DNA of 35,874 nucleotides from an uncultured Pygmaiobacter sp. (lineage in GTDB: Bacteria > Bacillota > Clostridia > Oscillospirales > Ruminococcaceae): positions 1 to 35,874 of the forward strand of contig CALXBJ010000151.1 of NCBI GenBank assembly GCA_944386515.1, given 5' to 3'. This document shows, one piece after another, positions 1-7,614 of the stretch. The position numbers were made by a program, and so were the translations under genes. Below the pieces are notes generated by a model. That model did not search any database, had not been told where the DNA came from, and saw nothing but the letters and a program-made list of their open reading frames with translations. Numbering within the stretch: the stretch's first letter is position 1; the number at the start of each line of letters is the position of its first letter.

Positions 1-162
1 TTATATGTCTCACACTTGTTCGGAGGTGTTAAGACAGATTATTTAAGCAGAGTAGGTTGAGATTTCCTAGTTCTCTCGAAATATCTTTTTTGGAACGACA
101 CGCCATGATGAATTGGCAGATTCCGTTTGGAGTCTGCCAATTTTTTTATCTTTAAAAACAGC

Positions 163-197
163 GAAAAGCCGCAGGTTTCACTGCGGCTTTTCTTCTT
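163..197 (+). terminator. Intrinsic terminator of an upstream gene lying mostly outside the window
   Basis: GAAAAGCCGCAG-gtttca-CTGCGGCTTTTC hairpin followed by TTCTT; frame +1 is open from base 1 to TGA at 58-60. Confidence 0.65.
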
Positions 198-273
198 GCC
201 TGCGCTCGTTGCAGCGGGGATGATTTCATCGCTCCTGAGGAAAATGCAGACCGAGCAATCGTAAAATGGCGAC

Positions 274-317
274 TCTATGATCCATAGATTGTGTGCGCGC
301 AGACCATCAATTATAAT
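274..317 (+). promoter_or_regulatory. Sigma-A promoter with adjacent palindromic operator (probable autoregulation site of the XRE gene)
   Basis: TTGTGT(289-294)-17 bp-TATAAT(312-317); inverted repeat TCTATG-atc-CATAGA at 274-288 abutting the -35. Confidence 0.5.
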
Positions 318-341
318 AAAACCAGCGGAAGGTGAGAAAAT

Positions 342-1220
342 ATGGATGCAAATACAACAGGCAGATTTATTGCCCAGCTTCGAAAGCAAAAGGGATACAC
401 GCAAAGAGAGCTAGCGGAAAAACTTATGGTGACCGATAAAGCCGTCTCCCGGTGGGAGACCGGAAAAGGGCTTCCCGATACTTCTTTATTAAAGCCGCTC
501 GGGGACATTTTAGGCGTTTCTGTTGGAGAGTTGCTGTCCGGGAAAAGGATTGAAGAGGCGGAGATAAAAAATCAGACGGATAAACTCATTTTGGAAGCGC
601 TCAGCTATTCAAAGCGCATGGTTATCGGCGTAATCAAAGCGGTCCTGTTCATGATCGGCATTGCCATGATGCTTTCACCCCTGTTTTTAGCAACCCAAAG
701 TTTCACTTGGATCTTGGGCATTGCCATTACAGCAACTGTGATACTCTGCTCTTATATAGGAAAGAGAGGGGATTGTATGAAAATAAAAAATAGGATGTAT
801 TACGGCGCAGCCATTGCGATGCAGTGTGTGGCGTTGATCTTGGAGATTTTGCCAATCGGCGCAGTTATGATTTTTGCAGCCGGTCCAAACGAGCGCATCA
901 CGGAGGTATACTCCTATTTCAGTTTGCTTCCTTTGGGATACGCCAACTTCACACCTATGTTGACAGGGATTTTAACGATTGCCACACTCTTTCTCGGGGT
1001 AATTGCGGTGTTCCGGTTTGACAAAACCGCGAGATTGAGGAAAACGGTGTTTATTTGCAGCGGCATTGCGCTTTTACTGTCGATTGTTCCGCTGTTCCTG
1101 TTTGGTAAGGCCGGCATGACGGCGGCAAGCTATGCGGTTTTTGGGGCCATTTTCTTGTCAATCTGTTTGCAGGCGGTGGCAAATCGAAAAGATGAACTTG
1201 ATAGGACAAGCGCATCCTAA
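342..1220 (+). CDS. XRE/HTH_3 transcriptional regulator fused to a multi-pass membrane domain
   Basis: N-terminal LRKQKGYTQRELAEKLMVTDKAVSRWETGKGLPD is a typical XRE HTH; about six hydrophobic helices follow; SD GAAGGTG upstream. Confidence 0.85.
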   Translation: MDANTTGRFIAQLRKQKGYTQRELAEKLMVTDKAVSRWETGKGLPDTSLLKPLGDILGVSVGELLSGKRIEEAEIKNQTDKLILEALSYSKRMVIGVIKAVLFMIGIAMMLSPLFLATQSFTWILGIAITATVILCSYIGKRGDCMKIKNRMYYGAAIAMQCVALILEILPIGAVMIFAAGPNERITEVYSYFSLLPLGYANFTPMLTGILTIATLFLGVIAVFRFDKTARLRKTVFICSGIALLLSIVPLFLFGKAGMTAASYAVFGAIFLSICLQAVANRKDELDRTSAS

Positions 1221-1300
1221 AGACCGCTCCAGAATCAAAAATGCGCTATCGTTTCCACGAGACTCCCCCGGATCTCTTTTTGGAAAACGATACATCAATA

Positions 1301-1326
1301 AAAAAGCAGCCGAACGGCTGCTTTTT
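1301..1326. terminator. Bidirectional terminator between convergent genes
   Basis: AAAAAGCAGCCG-aa-CGGCTGCTTTTT. Confidence 0.75.
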
Positions 1327-1435
1327 GCTGTCTGGAGATAGGGCTTGGGCCGCGGCTTTGGGAAAAATCCGACCTCTGCAACTGTTGCCCTTTACTTCGT
1401 CACCAGATGCTGCTTACATCGCCGGAAGGCATCTG

Positions 1436-1759
1436 TCAAAAAGCCGGCGCTTCATCATCCTCGTAGGCTTCCAGCTTGAAGATGACAGGGCGGACCCCAT
1501 CGTTGCAGCACGCAATATGGACCGCATCATGGCCAAACACGAGTCCGCCGCCGGCGAGGGTCGTTGCCTGCAGACAAATCGCCTGCCACGCCATAGCACA
1601 AAAGCCCTTTGGACACTCGCTCCCAAACGGCCCGGATGTCAGAAAAACATCCCCTTCCTTCATCATCTCACAGGGGCCAAAATTGGGGAAAGGGATGTAC
1701 TCCTTGGCCAGCTCCGGATAAAATTCGCGTTTTAGAACTGTGATTTTGCATTTTTTCAT
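1436..1759 (-). CDS. TIGR04076 family Cys-rich protein
   Basis: MKKCKITVLKR...GPC...CPKGFCAMAWQAI...IACCNDGVRPVIFKLE signature; SD AAGGAG upstream. Confidence 0.85.
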   Translation of the reverse strand: MKKCKITVLKREFYPELAKEYIPFPNFGPCEMMKEGDVFLTSGPFGSECPKGFCAMAWQAICLQATTLAGGGLVFGHDAVHIACCNDGVRPVIFKLEAYEDDEAPAF

Positions 1760-1825
1760 GTTGTAAACACTCCTTCGATTTAGCCTGCTCCTTAGGGGCT
1801 ATTACGTCTTCAAGGAGATGGTTTT

Positions 1826-1855
1826 ATTATACCATAGGGTTGTACCCTATTCCAA
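1826..1855 (-). promoter_or_regulatory. Promoter of the TIGR04076 gene with a dyad in the spacer (MerR-type architecture)
   Basis: Minus strand TTGGAA-18 bp-TATAAT; ATAGGGT-tgt-ACCCTAT dyad at 1834-1850 fills the spacer. Confidence 0.5.
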
Positions 1856-1948
1856 AACAAAAAGTTCTCTAAGCTGGGCGCTGTCTAGGGAAGGGTCAAT
1901 TTTAACGATGGGTTCCTCTTTTCACGGGCGTTGCATCTGACGCAGCGC

Positions 1949-2413
1949 TCATCTTTTAGAGAGAAAGTCCCCGCATTCCGCCCGCCAGCGGGTTTCCAGC
2001 GCGGGGGGGACCTTATAGCTTTTGTATTCCGGCAGGAAGCCCTCGTGCCCCATAAAAAATTTAGATCCCCGGAAATACAGATAGATGGATTTTGCCCGGG
2101 ACATTGGGTCGGGATAGGATACAAAGCGGACCATTTGCCCCGTCCAGTGCGGGACGCTGACGATGGGCGGCTCGCCAAAGGGAAAGCGGTCGAAAAATGT
2201 GTTGGCGGCGGCATTCCAGGTGACGAGGTCTTGATTGCCGCACAGCAGCACCCATACCTGATTTTTGCTTCCGAAAACAGAAAAATGCCCCTGGGCAATC
2301 AGCGTGCGGAAGAGGTCGCTGAAGCGGGTATCCGTGTCAAGCGGAAAGGAGCGAAGCCCATCTTCCTTTGGAAGCAGGACCTGTATGTGGGTGTTTTGGA
2401 ATGGTTGGCTCAT
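1949..2413 (-). CDS. Hypothetical protein (154 aa)
   Basis: ATG with GAGGTG SD; protein-like aromatic-rich composition; same orientation as the downstream gene; no family recognised. Confidence 0.6.
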   Translation of the reverse strand: MSQPFQNTHIQVLLPKEDGLRSFPLDTDTRFSDLFRTLIAQGHFSVFGSKNQVWVLLCGNQDLVTWNAAANTFFDRFPFGEPPIVSVPHWTGQMVRFVSYPDPMSRAKSIYLYFRGSKFFMGHEGFLPEYKSYKVPPALETRWRAECGDFLSKR

Positions 2414-2601
2414 AGTACACCTCGGAATTTTTGAATTTGCCGCAACGAGCGGCCGATGCGCGGGCGGATGCGCTCTTTGTGAGCCTCTGCGGGTATCACG
2501 GCGTATCTTTTTTATTTAATTATAGCAAAAACAGTCGCTATCCGGCAAAAAAAGAGCATTATAGTAATTGGAAGCAAATATTTTAAGGAGGGACCAACAA
2601 G

Positions 2602-3576
2602 ATGTGCACCAGCATTTCATTTTCCCGCCCCGCACTGTATGGGCGCAACCTCGACCTTGAGACCTCATTCGGCGAGCAGGTCGTTATTACCCCGCGCCGG
2701 CATCCCTTCCATTTCCATCACCGCGCCCCGATGGAGCAGCACTTTGCGATGATCGGCATGGCAACCGTCGCCGACGGCACCCCACTCTACGCGGAGGCGG
2801 TCAACGAGAAGGGGCTGTATATGGCGGGGCTGAACTTCCCCGGGAACGCCTGTTATTTTCCGGATGATACCGGCAGCGCAGACTGCATTGCCCCCTATGA
2901 GCTGATCCCGATGATCCTCGGCGGCTGCGCCACACTCGAGCAGGCGCGGCTCGCGCTGGAGCGGGTCCGGCTGACCGCCATCCCCTTTTCCGCCAACTAC
3001 CCTCTCGCGCCGCTGCACTGGCACATCGCGGATGCCACCGGCTCGATCACGGCGGAGCCGATGGCGGACGGGCTGCATCTGTACCAAAATCCCGCGGGGG
3101 TGCTCACCAACAACCCGCCGTTCCCGTTCCAGATGATGCAGCTCAACCTGTATCAGGGCCTCTCGCCCCGACAGCCGCAGAACACCTTCGCCCCTGAGCT
3201 TGCGCTGCATTCCTATGGGCAGGGAATGGGCGCGGTCGGGCTGCCGGGCGACGCGTCCCCGATGTCCCGCTTTGTGCGGGCCTGCTTTTTAAAGGAGCAC
3301 GCCGTTTTTGGAAAGGACGGCGCCGAAAACGCGGCGCAGTTTTTCCACATCCTCGACGCATTGGCGATGGTTCGCGGCACGGTCATTACGCCGGAGGGAA
3401 AAAACGATCAGACCATCTATTCCTGCTGTATCGATGCCGAAAACAGGATCTATTACTATAAAACCTATGAAAACAGCCGCCTGTGCGCCGTCCGCTTGAC
3501 CGAGGAGGCCTGCCGCGGTTCAGCACTCGGTGTGTTCAGCCTGAACCGCGAACCCGATGTCCTGTTTGTCAACTGA
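2602..3576 (+). CDS. bsh: Choloylglycine hydrolase family Ntn hydrolase (bile salt hydrolase / penicillin V acylase)
   Basis: Starts M-C-T (Cys2 nucleophile); GRNLD, NEKGL, LHW, LTNNP, GLPGD.SP.SRF, YYYKTY motifs; SD AAGGAGG; 324 aa. Confidence 0.88.
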   Translation: MCTSISFSRPALYGRNLDLETSFGEQVVITPRRHPFHFHHRAPMEQHFAMIGMATVADGTPLYAEAVNEKGLYMAGLNFPGNACYFPDDTGSADCIAPYELIPMILGGCATLEQARLALERVRLTAIPFSANYPLAPLHWHIADATGSITAEPMADGLHLYQNPAGVLTNNPPFPFQMMQLNLYQGLSPRQPQNTFAPELALHSYGQGMGAVGLPGDASPMSRFVRACFLKEHAVFGKDGAENAAQFFHILDALAMVRGTVITPEGKNDQTIYSCCIDAENRIYYYKTYENSRLCAVRLTEEACRGSALGVFSLNREPDVLFVN

Positions 3577-3589
3577 ACGGTTTTGCTGC

Positions 3590-3629
3590 AAAAAAGGATC
3601 CGACCGCTCACAGTGGCCGGATCCTTTTT
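3590..3629. terminator. Bidirectional terminator
   Basis: AAAAAGGATCCG...CGGATCCTTTTT between convergent bsh and crp genes. Confidence 0.75.
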
Positions 3630-3680
3630 GTATCGGGATGGAAGGGGGGCGGCTTTGGCCGGCCCAACAGCTTTGGGCAC

Positions 3681-4298
3681 TCACTCGTTCAGCCGGTAGT
3701 GCCCGCGCCCCGTTTTGCGCAGCAGGCCCTCATCGCAGAGCTTTTTCAATACCCGCTGAAGCTGCCGCCGGCTGCAGTGGAGCAGCTGCAGCGCGTGGTT
3801 TACGGAGGAGATCTCATGGTCAAGCTGGAGATTCCGCAGCAGGAAGAGCAGCTTCTCCTCCAGCGTCTGCGCCGAGATGTCCAGAACGGTGGAAAAGGAC
3901 AGCTTTTTTGCAAGCTGGCTCAGCACGAACCGAAGAAAAACCGGGTCCTGCTCCAGCGCGCTTTGATTTTCCCGAAAGGGGAGGAGAAGACAGAGCACGG
4001 CGCTCTCCGCCTCGGCATACAGCGCTTGTTTATCCGCGCCGCTGAACTCCATATCGCCCAGCAGCGACCCGCAGCCGACCTGAGAGATGTACCGGATCTC
4101 GCCGCCCTCGTTCAATGTATAGATGGAGACGTGGCCATTTACAATAATATAAAATTGGCAAAGCGAGTAGAGCGGGCTGTGCAGCGGCTCGCCCTTTTCG
4201 AATTCTACCAGCTTGATTACCGGCGGCCTTTGGCTGAAATGCACCCGCTGTTCCTGCCAGAAGGATTCCAGCTTGCCGCTGTCCTGAATTTCCCTCAT
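3681..4298 (-). CDS. Crp/Fnr-family transcriptional regulator (YeiL-like)
   Basis: cNMP-binding fold (FEKGE, YIIVNGHVSIY, LLGDMEF) and C-terminal HTH (LHCSRRQLQRVLKKLCDEGLL); start reassigned to ATG 4298 behind a GAGGGGGG SD. Confidence 0.85.
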   Translation of the reverse strand: MREIQDSGKLESFWQEQRVHFSQRPPVIKLVEFEKGEPLHSPLYSLCQFYIIVNGHVSIYTLNEGGEIRYISQVGCGSLLGDMEFSGADKQALYAEAESAVLCLLLPFRENQSALEQDPVFLRFVLSQLAKKLSFSTVLDISAQTLEEKLLFLLRNLQLDHEISSVNHALQLLHCSRRQLQRVLKKLCDEGLLRKTGRGHYRLNE

Positions 4299-4320
4299 AA
4301 TTCCCCCCTCTTTTGCTCTA

Positions 4321-4338
4321 TTGTGCCATATGGCACAA
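4321..4338. promoter_or_regulatory. Perfect 18-bp palindrome, Crp-type operator
   Basis: TTGTGCCATATGGCACAA = TGTGC-N6-GCACA, between the divergent crp and MATE-remnant genes. Confidence 0.65.
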
Positions 4339-4388
4339 ACAAAATGCAACCGAAATCCCTATACTATATCTCCGTGGAGGTAATGGAT

Positions 4389-4670
4389 ATGGATTCTCTT
4401 TTTGATACAAAGCACCTGTATTCCGGCTATTTTAAGATGGCGTTTCCGGTGGTGCTGGGGCTGGTAATCACCCTAATTTACAATCTGGCGGACACCTTTT
4501 TTATCGCGCAGATCGCGGCGCTGCTTGTCTGTGTGAAATTCTTCGGCTATAATGGCGTGCTGATGGGACAGGCTGCCGCGGATGTCGTCAGCGCGGTGAT
4601 TGCCGTCGTGCTTTTGCTGTGCTGCAACCCGATGGCGCAGGCGCAAAAGGAAGAGCCGTCCGCCCGATAA
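4389..4670 (+). pseudogene. Internally deleted MATE-family efflux transporter (N-terminus fused in frame to the last helices)
   Basis: MDSLF..YFKMAFPVVLGLVITLIYNLADTFFIAQ is a MATE TM1; it runs directly into FGYNGVLMGQAAADVVSAVIAVVLL, a MATE C-terminal helix; 93 aa versus about 450 aa normally; SD GGAGG at 4376. Confidence 0.8.
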
Positions 4671-4713
4671 AAGACGGCGCACCCGCTGGGGCGGGGGCGC
4701 TTTGACGATTTAT

Positions 4714-4751
4714 AAAAAAACCGTGCAGACAGATGTCTGCACGGTTTTTTT
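4714..4751. terminator. Bidirectional terminator
   Basis: AAAAAAACCGTGCAGACA-ga-TGTCTGCACGGTTTTTTT. Confidence 0.8.
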
Positions 4752-4764
4752 GCGCTTGCTTATC

Positions 4765-5301
4765 CTACTTTTGCGGGGAGATGCCCTCGGTCATCAGCTG
4801 ATAGCAGATATGGACAATCTGATCCAGATTTTTTGTGTCCGCCTCGCTCCAGCTGCGCACGATCCCCAAGATGGCCTGACAGTGGTAGCGGAGAATCAGC
4901 TTGACCTCGGCGCGGGAACAGTTGGGATACAGCCCCTGTTCATCACACATCTGCTCAAAGAGGCGCAGCAGATGTTCGGTCAAGATTCGCTCCAGCTCAT
5001 CCCGATAGCTGCCCTCCATCCCTTTCTTCATATAAGGAAGGGCGTTGGTCACCAGAACAAAGAGGTAGCGAAGCCGCGCCTCATCATTTTCCAGCGTTTT
5101 TGCCTCTGAGACAAACTGCTCTCCGTCGCGCTCCAGCATCCAGCGGAACAGCGCGGAGATGTCCTCAAAGTGATAGTAGAATGCCTGCCGCGTGATGCCG
5201 CACTCCTCCACGATGTCCTTTACCGTCAGCCGCCGCGCGCCTTTTTGGGTCACAAGGTTTTTCGCAGCCTGCGCGATCTGCTTTTTCATGTCCACTGCCA
5301 A
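4765..5301 (-). CDS. TetR/AcrR-family regulator (DhaS-like C-terminal domain)
   Basis: LTVKDIVEECGITRQAFYYHFEDI TetR HTH; likely start TTG 5301 (or ATG 5289) after GAGGAGGGG. Confidence 0.85.
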   Translation of the reverse strand: MAVDMKKQIAQAAKNLVTQKGARRLTVKDIVEECGITRQAFYYHFEDISALFRWMLERDGEQFVSEAKTLENDEARLRYLFVLVTNALPYMKKGMEGSYRDELERILTEHLLRLFEQMCDEQGLYPNCSRAEVKLILRYHCQAILGIVRSWSEADTKNLDQIVHICYQLMTEGISPQK

Positions 5302-5475
5302 CTGGTTTTTGCCCCTCCTCAATCGGGCGGCTTGAGCCGCGGTTTCCCTGCCTGCAAAGGCCCCTTCAAAAAACAAAACAGGGATAAAATCAGTATACCG
5401 GTCCGGTATGAGGATGTCAAACACGGCCGAATACCGCCGGGGAAAGCGATCTTTCGGGGATGGAGGCGCGATGGC

Positions 5476-6084
5476 TCAATCTGCGTTGGCGGGCCGGCCG
5501 AGACGCTGGATCAGGCCGATGATCTGGCCGGACAGCAGCACGGTCAGCAGGGAATAGACCATCCGCTGCGGCGGGATATAGCTCAACGAAAGGGCGAGCA
5601 CGACGATGTCGGTCAGCAGATAGGCGCGCTGGATTGGGAGCCGGGCCAGATGGGAGATGCTCATCGCGAGGGCATCGTCCCCGCCGGCGGCGCCGCCGGC
5701 CCGCACGCACAGCCCCGCCCCGCACCCGACAAAGAGCGCCCCCAGAACCGCCGCCGCAAGCGGCAGCTGGGCCAGCTGCGGCCAGAAGGGGTCAAACTGC
5801 TCAAACAGCCGGTAGAACAGCGAGAAACCGCCGCTCGCGATCAGGGAGGTGACCAAAAACCGGTTGCCCAGCAGTTTCCAGCCCAGCGCGTAGCAGCAAA
5901 GATCCATCACAAGGCCGGAGACCGAGGGGCTGATGCCGAACCAGTGGCGCAGCAGGAGGGTCGCGCCGAGGACCCCGCCCTCGGTGACCCCTGCGAACGA
6001 ATGTACATGATAAAGACCGAATGCGAGAATCGCGCTGCCGCACAGCGCGATCGGCGCCTGCCGCAGCATCATTTGCCGAGACAA
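5476..6084 (-). CDS. YitT family membrane protein
   Basis: GSAILAFG..EGGVLG and GALFVGCGAGLCVRAGGAAGGDDALA YitT motifs; TTG start after AAAGGAG. Confidence 0.82.
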   Translation of the reverse strand: MSRQMMLRQAPIALCGSAILAFGLYHVHSFAGVTEGGVLGATLLLRHWFGISPSVSGLVMDLCCYALGWKLLGNRFLVTSLIASGGFSLFYRLFEQFDPFWPQLAQLPLAAAVLGALFVGCGAGLCVRAGGAAGGDDALAMSISHLARLPIQRAYLLTDIVVLALSLSYIPPQRMVYSLLTVLLSGQIIGLIQRLGRPANAD

Positions 6085-6114
6085 AATAACAACTCCTTTT
6101 TTTCTATTGTCTTT

Positions 6115-6143
6115 AGTATAGTACGAATTCGGACTTTTGTCAA
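6115..6143 (-). promoter_or_regulatory. Sigma-A promoter of yitT with an imperfect palindrome in the spacer
   Basis: Minus strand TTGACA-17 bp-TATACT; AGTACGAA/TTCGGACT dyad at 6120-6135. Confidence 0.65.
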
Positions 6144-6198
6144 ACCGCGGCGGGGCAGAGGTCTCTTTTTTTGCGGGGCAAAGGATGGCTGTGGATGC

Positions 6199-6227
6199 TT
6201 GACAGTTGCGGGCGGATTCAGTAAGAT
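6199..6227 (+). promoter_or_regulatory. Sigma-A promoter of the diguanylate cyclase gene
   Basis: TTGACA(6199-6204)-17 bp-TAAGAT(6222-6227). Confidence 0.55.
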
Positions 6228-6326
6228 GGATATTACGGAATGCGCTTTTTGAGTATTTTTTTGTACAGGCGGCCTTTAAATATGAAGTGGCCAATTGAGA
6301 GATTCAAAAAGGGGGAACGGTGACGA

Positions 6327-7451
6327 ATGGACCTGCAAGCAGTTATCTGCACAAATGCGGTGGCGATTGCCGTCGTATTGATGCTGTGGGTAACCACTCG
6401 CACCCGAGTCCATGAGGAGATCATCAGCGAACGGCTCTATCGCGCGATGCTGCTTATCACGATGCTGCAGTGCTTAGTGGAAACCCTTTCTTTTGTGGTG
6501 GACAAACAGCAGTTCGCGGGCGCGCGTCTGTTGGCGCTTTTGTTGAACTCCTATCTTTTCGGAGCGAATATCTTTTTTGCTTTTATCTGGACGGTCTACG
6601 TCGACTACCGGCTGTTCCGCAGTGTCCGCCGGCTGCGCAAGTATTATCCGTTTATCGGGATCCCGGCATTGCTGATTGCCTTCGGCGCATTTCTCAACCT
6701 CTTTTTCCCGGTGTTTTTTGAGATTTCCCCGGAAAATGTGTACAGCCGTACCGGGTTGGCAATCTTGACCTTCATCACGACCTATCTCTATCTGATGTAT
6801 AGTCTGTGGCTGGTCTACCACTGGCGCAAGAATGTGGATCAATACATCGCGCTGCCGGTGGCGATTTGTCTGGTGCCGGTCTTGATCGGCAGCCTGATCC
6901 AGCTGATCTGGATGGGGTTTTCGCTGATCTGGGTCTCGGTCGCAATCGCGATGATCGCCCTCTCGGGCGGGCTGCAGAACGAGGGCGCTTATATTGACCC
7001 GCTGTCGGGGCTGTTCAACCGGCAGTATCTCAACCGGAACATCGAGCAGCTGCTTCAGCGGACGGAGCGGGGGAAATACCGCGCCAGCATTATGCTGGAC
7101 ATTGACCAGTTCAAGTCGATCAATGACAGCTGCGGCCACCTTGTGGGGGATCAGGCGATTGCCGACGTGGGGCAGATCCTGCGCGCGGCGACCAGAAAAG
7201 AGGATATCCTGATCCGGTTTGCCGGCGATGAGTTTATGGTCCTGCTGTCGGTGCGGGATGAGCGGGAGGTCCAGCTGGTGGCGGACCGGATTACCGCCCG
7301 TGCGCGGGAGTTCAATGAGACCAGCGGGCGCCCCTACCAGTTGTCCCTCTCGATGGGGTATAAGATCTTTGAGGAGGAAAAGGAGGACGCCACCACCTTT
7401 ATCCGCAAGATCGATGAGGCGATGTATATCGACAAGCGCAGGCAGCGCTGA
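6327..7451 (+). CDS. Membrane-bound GGDEF-domain diguanylate cyclase
   Basis: About seven TM helices, then DPLSGLFNR, MLDIDQFKSINDSCGHLVGD, RKED I-site, RFAGDEF, SLSMG, DEAMY. Confidence 0.9.
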   Translation: MDLQAVICTNAVAIAVVLMLWVTTRTRVHEEIISERLYRAMLLITMLQCLVETLSFVVDKQQFAGARLLALLLNSYLFGANIFFAFIWTVYVDYRLFRSVRRLRKYYPFIGIPALLIAFGAFLNLFFPVFFEISPENVYSRTGLAILTFITTYLYLMYSLWLVYHWRKNVDQYIALPVAICLVPVLIGSLIQLIWMGFSLIWVSVAIAMIALSGGLQNEGAYIDPLSGLFNRQYLNRNIEQLLQRTERGKYRASIMLDIDQFKSINDSCGHLVGDQAIADVGQILRAATRKEDILIRFAGDEFMVLLSVRDEREVQLVADRITARAREFNETSGRPYQLSLSMGYKIFEEEKEDATTFIRKIDEAMYIDKRRQR

Positions 7452-7461
7452 GAATGGAGAC

Positions 7462-7509
7462 AGGCGAGGTTTTTCACCCCCTGAGCGGGGTGTAAAACCT
7501 CGCCTTTTT
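7462..7509 (+). terminator. Intrinsic terminator
   Basis: AGGCGAGGTTTT...AAAACCTCGCCT followed by a T run. Confidence 0.75.
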
Positions 7510-7523
7510 AGAATAACTATTCA

Positions 7524-7552
7524 TTGACAAAGTATAAATATTCAACTATACT
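7524..7552 (+). promoter_or_regulatory. Sigma-A promoter of the aminotransferase gene
   Basis: TTGACA(7524-7529)-17 bp-TATACT(7547-7552); AGTATA-N10-TATACT dyad overlaps it. Confidence 0.7.
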
Positions 7553-7614
7553 GTGATGGAATCTATGGGTATGCTGCGCCGGCCCTGCGGGGCGGTGCGA
7601 GGGGGAGGAAGACA

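Noticed and set aside
1241-1735. 164-aa plus-strand ORF
   Set aside because: It spans a terminator and is antisense to the well-supported TIGR04076 gene
3483-4670. 395-aa plus-strand ORF as a single gene
   Set aside because: Its first 300 codons overlap the end of bsh and are antisense to the crp gene; only the part from 4389 has an SD and MATE similarity
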